This document shows, in pieces, positions 17,607 through 25,179 of a DNA stretch of 26,266 bases. Position 1 is the stretch's first letter; the number at the start of each line of letters is the position of its first letter. The notes under the pieces are model-generated. The model was given only the letters and a program-made list of their open reading frames with translations. It did no database searches and was not told the origin of the DNA. This DNA is from Candidatus Phoenicimicrobium oleiphilum (GTDB lineage: Bacteria > Atribacterota > Phoenicimicrobiia > Phoenicimicrobiales > Phoenicimicrobiaceae): the NCBI GenBank assembly GCA_039638295.1, contig JBDIWJ010000023.1, forward strand, positions 1 to 26,266, read 5' to 3'. Made by a program: the position numbers and the translations under genes.

Positions 17607-18491
17607 ATGGTGCGAATAAACAGAAAAGAAATTGAATATAAAAATGCTTTCTACCATATAATAGCAAAAGGGGTCGAAGGGATAAACATTTTTATTGACG
17701 ATATAGATAAAAATAAATTTTTACAACTTCTACAAAAAATGGTTAACTCTTACCATATTCATCTCTTCTTTTATGTGCTAATGGATACTCATTTTCACCT
17801 CCTGCTTAAAACAGAAGAAACAAATCTTTCTGAAGCGATGCAGTTTTTAAATTCTTCTTATGCCCACTGGTTTAATTTAAGACATATTAGAAAAGGTCAT
17901 TTATTCCAAGACCGTTATAAAAGCTATCTTATCCTAAATCCTCTTTACATGTATAGTGTGGCTTCTTATATTAGCCTAAATCCTGTAGAGGCTGGATTGG
18001 TAGATTCTCCTGAAAATTACCCCTGGTGCAGTTTTCAATACTTCATCTCAGCTTCAGGCAAAACTGCTCCCCCCTGGCTAAAGGTTAAAGAATTCTTAAA
18101 ACTTTGCCAAACTAACGCAGATAATTTTGTTAATTTTGTAAAGGATAATAATCCTAAAAATCATACAGAAAAAGTCCTCCAAAATTTTAATAAGACAACC
18201 TCAAATTATAGATTGAATACTAACACCCAAGCTTATCTTCCTAAAAATATAGAAAATATATTGGTTAAAGTTAAAGAGCGAGTTGGGGATATAGACACTA
18301 ATAAACGTTTAAAACATTTACTTGTTTACCTATTAATAAAAGAGGGTTATAGAATAAACGATATAGCAACTTCTTTGAACCTTACCCGACAGAGTATTTT
18401 GGGAATAAATAGAAAAATCCAAAAAAATTTAATAAATGACCACTTTTGTCAGCTTTTACTAAATCGAATCAAGATGAGCCTATTTACATAA
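17607..18491 (+). CDS. REP-associated tyrosine transposase (RAYT-like HUH/Y1 nuclease) with a probable C-terminal HTH
   Basis: FYHII, HUH motif LMDTHFHLL, GHLFQDRYKS, candidate catalytic Tyr in YISLNPVEAGLV, YPWCSF; C-terminal YRINDIATSLNLTRQSI HTH-like segment; palindromes on both sides. Confidence 0.88.
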   Translation: MVRINRKEIEYKNAFYHIIAKGVEGINIFIDDIDKNKFLQLLQKMVNSYHIHLFFYVLMDTHFHLLLKTEETNLSEAMQFLNSSYAHWFNLRHIRKGHLFQDRYKSYLILNPLYMYSVASYISLNPVEAGLVDSPENYPWCSFQYFISASGKTAPPWLKVKEFLKLCQTNADNFVNFVKDNNPKNHTEKVLQNFNKTTSNYRLNTNTQAYLPKNIENILVKVKERVGDIDTNKRLKHLLVYLLIKEGYRINDIATSLNLTRQSILGINRKIQKNLINDHFCQLLLNRIKMSLFT

Positions 18492-18499
18492 AAAAGAAA

Positions 18500-18572
18500 A
18501 TGTAAAAAAAGGTGCCAGGCACCTTTTTTTACATTTATGACAAATTTAGTGCCTGGCACCTTTGTTTACATT
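18500..18572. mobile_element. Palindrome doublet (C/C unit 18500-18534 and D/A unit 18537-18571)
   Basis: Read directly; reverse complement of 21781-21853 with 3 differences in 73 bp. Confidence 0.92.
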
Positions 18573-18581
18573 GGAGAAAAG

Positions 18582-21500
18582 ATGAAAAATAAAGTAGTAT
18601 TTTCTTTTTATATTGCTATAATCCTGAGTTTATTAATATGCCTGCCATTAGCTATAAAAGTAGAAGCGGTTCGTTATGACCCCAATTTACAATGGCAGGT
18701 TTTAGAAAGCCCCCATTTCTCAGTTTATTTTTTTACATCACAAGACAATGAAGACTACAAATATCATAACAAACTATTATCTCAGGAAATAGCTGATATT
18801 GCTGAAGAGGTTTACACCCAAATCAATACCCAAATTGGTTTTCCAAAACATCACCATATGCAAAAGATAGCCATAATTATGGAAGATTTTTCTGATTATG
18901 CTCTGGGCTTTGCTTCCTCTTTCCCCCATCGAGTAATTCGCCTTTCCCTAACCGCTCCAACGGCTAAATCCTTTGATATGAAATTTAAAAGCTGGCTCAA
19001 AATGGTAATTGCTCACGAATACACTCACCTAGCTCATTTTGAAATGACTTGTGGTCTTACTACTGCCCTGCGTGCCCTTTTCGGCCAGATAATTACCCCT
19101 AATGGTCTTCAACCAACCTGGTCAATTGAGGGGTTAGCGGTTTATAATGAAACTAAATTTACTACTGAAGGCGGAGGAAGAGGCATAGATCCTCGCTACG
19201 AAATGTATCTTCGTATGGCTGCTTTAGATGACCAATTTAATACTTTAGACCAGATAAATGGTTATTACCTCACTTCCTGGCCCGGGAGCACAGCTCCCTA
19301 TATCTATGGCCAATCTATTATTCACTTTATTGCCCAAAGATACGGAGAAGATAAAGTAATTGCTTTAAGTGAAGTATTTTGCAAATATCCTTATTTAGGT
19401 TTTAACTATGCTTTTAAAAGGACATTGGGTTTGGATCTTGATGAATTGTACCAAAATTGGAAAGAATATTTAAAAGAAAAATATCAAACCCAGGCTCAAA
19501 AAATTAGTTCTCAAAAAAATCTTACTAAATCACAACAATTAACCAATTATCACTATTGGGTCGATTACCCGAGTTGGATCTCTACCTCCACCGACTCTGA
19601 AGATAAAATAGCTATCAGGGTTTCAACACCCCACTCCTACCCTTTTATTCAAATTATTGACCCTTCAGCATCTATGGCTCCTTTAACTTATTCTGCTATT
19701 AAAAACCAATCTTTAGTTAAAAGAACCTATGGTAGGGATTCTTCTTTTAGTATCTCTCCTGATGGTTCTAAAATTATTTATTCCAAATTAACTGATTATA
19801 ATCAATTTTATCAATTTTACGACCTTTATTTATATGATTTAAAAACAGATAAAGAAGTACGCCTTTCTGAAGGGTTACGCGTTCGAGATCCTGACTGGTC
19901 AACTGCTCTTGACTCAAAAAATCCCCAAATTGTAGCAGTAATCAATAATTCCGGAACCAACAATCTAATTCTGATTAATCTACCTTCACCCCTCTCAATT
20001 ATCTCTGTTAAAACTCAATCAACTTACAGCCTAATTACCCAAGAAGATATTATCTACCTCACCAATTTTGATGATGGAACTCAAATATATCAACCCTCCT
20101 GGTCTCCTGGTAGTGATATGATTGCTTTTTCTGCCTGGCGTCAGGGTTATCAGGATATATATATCCTAAATCTTAACTCTACCGACATTGTGAATTCTAC
20201 TCTCCAACCTATCTTTCACGATAAAGCTACCGACTTTAGCCCCTGCTGGTCTTCTGACAGCAAATATCTCTTTTTCTCTTCTGACCGCACCGGCATCTAT
20301 AATATCTTTGCCTTTTCTTTGCTCGATAAAAAACTATACCAAGTGACTAATGTGTTAAGTGGGGCTTTTCAACCCGCCCCTTCTCCTGATGGAAAAAAAT
20401 TAGCTTACATCGAATACCATGCCACAGGATACGAACTACATCTTATGGAATTAGATTCCAATAAGTGGACACAGATAGAATATGTCAAACCCTCCACCAC
20501 CATTGCAGAATTACAATCTTCTCATCAACAGACAGACCAACTAAAAAATCAAAATCTAACCAATACTTCAAAAAGCAACTACCCTATCCATCCCTATTAT
20601 CCCTTTGCCTCCTTTTGGCCACCAACCTACTGGATTCCTGCTGCTCAAATAACTGAAAATGATTTAGGCATTGGTTTTTCGACTGAGCTAGAAGATGTAT
20701 TAGGATTTTATTCTCTACCTATAACGATTACTTACGGAGCATTAAACAATAATCTAAATTACAATTTTGACTATTATAATTACCGCCATTACCCCATCAT
20801 TAATCTTTTTCTACAAGGAAGAACTGATTTAAATTCTTCTGTTTCAACTTCCACTTCCTGGTGGAAAGAAGGAAAAGCCGGTATAAATATCTATTTCCCT
20901 TTTCAGGGGCAAACTACTTCCTCAAGTTCCTTAACAAATTCCCGTTCTTATCGACAAATATTTTCTCTTGGTTATCAATACGAAAGAAAATATTTAACCG
21001 AAGCTGATAATAAAACTTCCTCAGATACTACTACCACTACTAATATCAATACCAATGCCAATACTACCCAAGAAAACATCGCCAGTCTTAGATTGAGTTA
21101 TTCTTATTCTGATACCGAAAAATACGGATTCTCTATCAGCCCCGAACAAGGTCAAGCTTTTTCCCTAAACTACGAGCATGCAGATAAAATCCTTGGCAGC
21201 AGTTATACCTTTGATAAATTCGTCTTTGATGGAAGGAAATTCATCCAACTTCCTTTTCTTCATCAGATCTTATCCCTTCGCCTAATTGCTGGTCATAGTA
21301 GTACAGGTATACCAGATGAGGAAAAATTTAAATTGGGGGGACATTATTCAGCCAACAATCTCGCTAATACAGAAGTTGACATCTTCTCTCTACGTGGATT
21401 CAAATCATCTTTTCTAAAAGGAAACAATCTTCTTTCGACCAGTTTAGAATACCGCTTCCCTATTGCCAACATCGAACATAGTATTAAACTTGGCCCTCTC

Positions 21501-21779
21501 TCCCTCTTTTTAGAAAGACTTTCTGGTGCTCTCTTTATTGACATCGGAAATGCCTGGGAAAGCAGAGAAAATACAAATAAAAATATAAACTCAAATTCTA
21601 ATAATCCTGAGGAAATCATTTCTCCCTGGTATGATTTTAAGACTGGAATTGGAGCAGAATTAAAGGCAGATTTTAATTGGAAATACGAGTCTTCCTTTAC
21701 CTTAAGATTGGGTGCCGCCAAAGCCCTAAACGAACCTAAAGGATATGATATTTACTTTACTTTAGGCACTTCCTTCTAG
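18582..21779 (+). CDS. Omp85-superfamily outer-membrane protein with an N-terminal HExxH peptidase-like domain and a TolB/PD40 beta-propeller
   Basis: Signal peptide after a GGAG RBS (ATG 18582); HEYTH...EGLAVYNE; repeated SPDG/PSWSP/PCWSSD motifs; LRGF, SLEYRFP, FIDIGNAW and terminal Phe of BamA/TamA-type barrels. Confidence 0.8.
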   Translation: MKNKVVFSFYIAIILSLLICLPLAIKVEAVRYDPNLQWQVLESPHFSVYFFTSQDNEDYKYHNKLLSQEIADIAEEVYTQINTQIGFPKHHHMQKIAIIMEDFSDYALGFASSFPHRVIRLSLTAPTAKSFDMKFKSWLKMVIAHEYTHLAHFEMTCGLTTALRALFGQIITPNGLQPTWSIEGLAVYNETKFTTEGGGRGIDPRYEMYLRMAALDDQFNTLDQINGYYLTSWPGSTAPYIYGQSIIHFIAQRYGEDKVIALSEVFCKYPYLGFNYAFKRTLGLDLDELYQNWKEYLKEKYQTQAQKISSQKNLTKSQQLTNYHYWVDYPSWISTSTDSEDKIAIRVSTPHSYPFIQIIDPSASMAPLTYSAIKNQSLVKRTYGRDSSFSISPDGSKIIYSKLTDYNQFYQFYDLYLYDLKTDKEVRLSEGLRVRDPDWSTALDSKNPQIVAVINNSGTNNLILINLPSPLSIISVKTQSTYSLITQEDIIYLTNFDDGTQIYQPSWSPGSDMIAFSAWRQGYQDIYILNLNSTDIVNSTLQPIFHDKATDFSPCWSSDSKYLFFSSDRTGIYNIFAFSLLDKKLYQVTNVLSGAFQPAPSPDGKKLAYIEYHATGYELHLMELDSNKWTQIEYVKPSTTIAELQSSHQQTDQLKNQNLTNTSKSNYPIHPYYPFASFWPPTYWIPAAQITENDLGIGFSTELEDVLGFYSLPITITYGALNNNLNYNFDYYNYRHYPIINLFLQGRTDLNSSVSTSTSWWKEGKAGINIYFPFQGQTTSSSSLTNSRSYRQIFSLGYQYERKYLTEADNKTSSDTTTTTNINTNANTTQENIASLRLSYSYSDTEKYGFSISPEQGQAFSLNYEHADKILGSSYTFDKFVFDGRKFIQLPFLHQILSLRLIAGHSSTGIPDEEKFKLGGHYSANNLANTEVDIFSLRGFKSSFLKGNNLLSTSLEYRFPIANIEHSIKLGPLSLFLERLSGALFIDIGNAWESRENTNKNINSNSNNPEEIISPWYDFKTGIGAELKADFNWKYESSFTLRLGAAKALNEPKGYDIYFTLGTSF

Positions 21780-21780
21780 A

Positions 21781-21853
21781 AATGTAAACAAAGGTGCCAG
21801 GCACTAAATTTGTCATAAATGTAAACAAAGGTGCCAGGCACCTTTGTTTACAT
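21781..21853. mobile_element. Palindrome doublet (A/D unit 21782-21816 and A/A unit 21819-21853) filling the convergent intergenic gap
   Basis: Lies between TAG 21777-21779 (+) and TAG 21854-21856 (-). Confidence 0.92.
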
Positions 21854-22921
21854 CTACATTAAGCCTACTTTACTATGGTCTCCTAAAGTGAATCTGTATA
21901 CTCGAGGTAGGTCTTTAGAATGATAAATGTATACACCTTTACCTATCAGACATCTATGCATTCTCCCTCTTATGTTTTCTAACTTAGTTTCTTCTAATAC
22001 AACACTACATTCAATTTCACTCTTTACTATTTCTACTCTATCGGAAAGAGAACTAAAAGGACCTATATAGGAATCAACTATCCTAGCCCCCTGACCTATT
22101 ATTACTGGACCTAATATCTTAGAATTTATAATTTCTGTCCCTTTTTCTATCCTGACTCTTCCTAAAATCTCTGAAGCTTCATCAACTTTTGCTTCGCTTA
22201 TATCTCGCTCAATATCTTCCAAGACCAAGCGATTGGCCTCTAAAATATCTTCTGGTTTTCCGGTATCTTTCCACCAACCCTTAATTACTTCCGCTCCTAC
22301 CTTATAACCCTTATCAATCATCCATTGAATGGCATCAGTAATCTCTAATTCTCCTCGAGCAGAAGGTTTTATGTTCTCAATGGCTCGATGAATATTTTTA
22401 TCAAAAAAATAGACTCCAATCAAAGCCAAATTACTGGGTGGTTCTTTCGGTTTTTCTACAACCTGTATAACTCTCCCTCTCTCCACTTCAGCAACGCCAA
22501 ACTGCTTCGGATTATCTACTTCAGTAAGCAGAACAAAGGCATTATAATTTCCCTGATTAAATTTATGGGCGTAACTTTCTACCCCATTTTTCAGGAGATT
22601 ATCCCCTAAATACATTAAAAATTCATCTTCTCCCAAAAAATTACGAGCCACCGATACAGCATGAGCCAATCCCAAAGCCTCTTTCTGTTCAATATAAGAA
22701 ATATTTACTCCCCATCTACTACCTTCTCTAATTTCATCCTTTATATCCTCACCGGTCTCCCCGATGATTATACCTATATCTTTTATCCCACAATTCTTAA
22801 TTGCCTCTATTCCATAAAAAAGAACTGGTTTGTTACCAATAGGAATCAAATGTTTAGCACTCGTATGGGTAAGTGGTCTAAGACGAGTCCCTTTCCCTGC
22901 ACATAGAATAATAGATTTCAA
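21854..22921 (-). CDS. rfbA: Glucose-1-phosphate thymidylyltransferase, long form
   Basis: AGKGTRLRPLT, GLAHAV, YLGDN, EKP, SARGELEITDAI, WWKDTG, C-terminal left-handed beta-helix; TTG start with a GGAGG RBS. Confidence 0.87.
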   Translation of the reverse strand: MKSIILCAGKGTRLRPLTHTSAKHLIPIGNKPVLFYGIEAIKNCGIKDIGIIIGETGEDIKDEIREGSRWGVNISYIEQKEALGLAHAVSVARNFLGEDEFLMYLGDNLLKNGVESYAHKFNQGNYNAFVLLTEVDNPKQFGVAEVERGRVIQVVEKPKEPPSNLALIGVYFFDKNIHRAIENIKPSARGELEITDAIQWMIDKGYKVGAEVIKGWWKDTGKPEDILEANRLVLEDIERDISEAKVDEASEILGRVRIEKGTEIINSKILGPVIIGQGARIVDSYIGPFSSLSDRVEIVKSEIECSVVLEETKLENIRGRMHRCLIGKGVYIYHSKDLPRVYRFTLGDHSKVGLM

Positions 22922-23038
22922 TTTTCTACCTCCCTATCTTCCATAATTTTAAACCAAAATTTTAAACCAATCATAAAAACTCAAAACTCACTTTATCCTC
23001 TTATCTTCTTATCTTCTTATCTTCCATTTTTAACCAAA

Positions 23039-24196
23039 TCAACTAATTATCTTCCTTATATTCCTCCCTAAAATTTTAGTGGCCCCTAAAAATATTTTAG
23101 GCCGTTTAAACGCCTTTCTAAACACTACAGAATGGTTTTCAAAGTTTGCTGCCTGCTCAATTAAATCCTCATTCTCTTTAAATAAACTAAATATATTTTT
23201 TGTCTCCTGTTTATTCAATTTTTCATAAACCTTCCGCGCCCACAGCCCGAATCTTATCTCTCTTCCAAATTTTCTCTTCCATCTCCGGTCATACTCTGGT
23301 AAATCATTTTCCTTAATACACTCCACTAAAATCTCTGCAGCCTTTAGACCATAATAAATTCCTCCACCAGTCAAAGGTTTTATATGGCACGCTGCATCTC
23401 CTACTACCGCAATATTTTTATCGCTGGTCTTGGTGATCATCCCCAATGGAATAATTCCCGCTAATTTATCAATAATCTCACCTTTAATCTTTGTTTCTGC
23501 CAAAAAATGATTCAATTTAATTCTGCCATTTTTAGAAATAATTCCTACCCGAATAATCTTCTCACTCTCTGGAATAGTCCAGATAAAAAAGGGTATACCT
23601 TCACTCATACATACCTGAGCAAATTTCTCTGGTACAAAATTTTCTTCCACCCTTATTCTATACTGCCAACCATTATAATATTTTATACCATCTTTAATAC
23701 CGTCTTTTAAGTCATCTTCCTTATTTTCTTTCAACATTCCCAGTTCACTCATCATAAACTTTCTTACTCTGGATTTTGCCCCGTCTGCCCCAATTACTAT
23801 ATCTGCAAAAATATCACCACTACTGGTCTTAAGCCAGTAACCTTTTCCTCTTTTCTCTATCTCTAATAATCTCCTCCCGCACTCTACGTTCAACCCTTTA
23901 CTTAGCTCTTTGTCAAACTTTTCCCGATCAATTACATAAGCTACTCCCTCTCTCTCAATCCGGAAATTATCCTCTTTATAAAAGAAAAAAGCCCCGTTAA
24001 TTTGATTTATAACCGAACTTTTCGAAATCCCAATCAAAGTATCCTCAAAGACCTGTCTGCCTACAATACCAGCACACTTTACTGGCCTACCTACTTCCTT
24101 ATGCTCTTCGATTACTCTGACTTTAATACCATATTTCTTCAACAATTGAGCAGTATAACACCCTATCGGCCCCGCACCCACAATAACTATTTCCAT
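23039..24196 (-). CDS. Geranylgeranyl reductase family FAD-dependent oxidoreductase
   Basis: GAGPIG, PVKCAG, DREKFD, GADG, GDAA..KPLTGGGI. Start at ATG 24196 with an AGGAG RBS; the longer ORF-track start falls inside the repeat. Confidence 0.8.
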   Translation of the reverse strand: MEIVIVGAGPIGCYTAQLLKKYGIKVRVIEEHKEVGRPVKCAGIVGRQVFEDTLIGISKSSVINQINGAFFFYKEDNFRIEREGVAYVIDREKFDKELSKGLNVECGRRLLEIEKRGKGYWLKTSSGDIFADIVIGADGAKSRVRKFMMSELGMLKENKEDDLKDGIKDGIKYYNGWQYRIRVEENFVPEKFAQVCMSEGIPFFIWTIPESEKIIRVGIISKNGRIKLNHFLAETKIKGEIIDKLAGIIPLGMITKTSDKNIAVVGDAACHIKPLTGGGIYYGLKAAEILVECIKENDLPEYDRRWKRKFGREIRFGLWARKVYEKLNKQETKNIFSLFKENEDLIEQAANFENHSVVFRKAFKRPKIFLGATKILGRNIRKIIS

Positions 24197-24216
24197 ATAA
24201 AAAACTCCTATTTCAA

Positions 24217-24251
24217 ATGTAAACAAAAGTGCCTGGCACCTTTTTTTACAT
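24217..24251. mobile_element. 35-bp palindrome (arms B/C); supplies the last codon and stop of psuG
   Basis: ATGTAAACAAAAGTGCC-T-GGCACCTTTTTTTACAT; overlaps psuG at 24246-24251. Confidence 0.88.
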
Positions 24252-25172
24252 TTTTATGGCAGTAGCGATTTTTGCCCCTACTCGAGCATTGTTTTTTACC
24301 AGCTCGATATTGGCTGCCAGGCACTTGCCTTCACTCAATTCATTTATTCTGCTCAGTAAGTATGGGGTAAGTTTTTTACCTTTTATCCCCTTCTTAGCCG
24401 CCTCTAAAATAGTTCTATTTACAATTCTGTTAACATAGGTCCGCGAAAGAGCATATTCTTCCGGTATAGGATTGGCTATTACTATTGCACTTTTTAGACC
24501 CAAATCCCACTTTGTTTTAATTATCCTGGCTGCCTCTATCTCATCCTCTACAGTATAATCTACCTTTAATCCGCTTTCTCTACAATAAAAAGCGGGAAAT
24601 TCATCAGTCCTAAAACCAATTATAGGTACTCCCATCGTTTCCAAATATTCTAAAGTTAAAGACAGATCGAGAATCGACTTTGCCCCAGCACATACCACCA
24701 CAACTGGTGTCCTGGCCAACTCCTGTAAATCAGCTGATACATCAAAGGTTTTCTCTGCCCCTCGATGTGCTCCACCAATACCACCTGTGACAAAAACCTC
24801 TATCCCAGCCAGATGAGCAGCCACCATAGTCGCCGCTACTGTGGTAGCAGCAGTAAGTTTTTTGGCTAAAACTATAGATAAATCACGACGACTCGCCTTT
24901 ATTACCTCCCCAGAAGTAGCCAATAGCTCAAACTCTTCCTCACTCAAACCAATTTTAATCTTCCCTCCCATTACCGCAATTGTTGCTGGTACCACTCCAT
25001 ATCCCCGGATAATATTCTCTACTTCCCGAGCAACCTTTAAATTCTCAGGATAAGGCATACCATGGGCGATAATGGTGGACTCTAACGCCACTACCGGTCT
25101 ATTATTTTCTAAAGCCTCTCTTACATCATCTTTGAAATCGAGAAATCTTCCTGCAGCTCCGCTTCCACACAT
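24246..25172 (-). CDS. psuG: Pseudouridine-5'-phosphate glycosidase
   Basis: PVVALESTIIAHGMPYPEN, KASRRD, ATTVAATM, TGGIGG, DVSADL, GAKSILD, TPYLL. Confidence 0.92.
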   Translation of the reverse strand: MCGSGAAGRFLDFKDDVREALENNRPVVALESTIIAHGMPYPENLKVAREVENIIRGYGVVPATIAVMGGKIKIGLSEEEFELLATSGEVIKASRRDLSIVLAKKLTAATTVAATMVAAHLAGIEVFVTGGIGGAHRGAEKTFDVSADLQELARTPVVVVCAGAKSILDLSLTLEYLETMGVPIIGFRTDEFPAFYCRESGLKVDYTVEDEIEAARIIKTKWDLGLKSAIVIANPIPEEYALSRTYVNRIVNRTILEAAKKGIKGKKLTPYLLSRINELSEGKCLAANIELVKNNARVGAKIATAIKM

Positions 25173-25179
25173 AACTGAT

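Noticed and set aside
17607..18491. Ordinary IS200/IS605 element
   Set aside because: The protein is much longer than IS200 TnpA, carries RAYT-type motifs, has no tnpB, and its flanking repeats are dispersed without the gene.
18537..18581. N-terminal extension MTNLVPGTFVYIGEK of the Omp85 ORF
   Set aside because: Mostly translated palindrome; a GGAG RBS and signal peptide support ATG 18582.
24197..24226. N-terminal extension of the reductase ORF
   Set aside because: Starts within the palindrome; the AGGAG RBS and Rossmann motif support ATG 24196.
3368..24251. Palindromes as ordinary intrinsic terminators only
   Set aside because: Near-identical sequence at many unrelated loci, including within operons and between divergent promoters, points to a dispersed element; a secondary terminator role remains possible.
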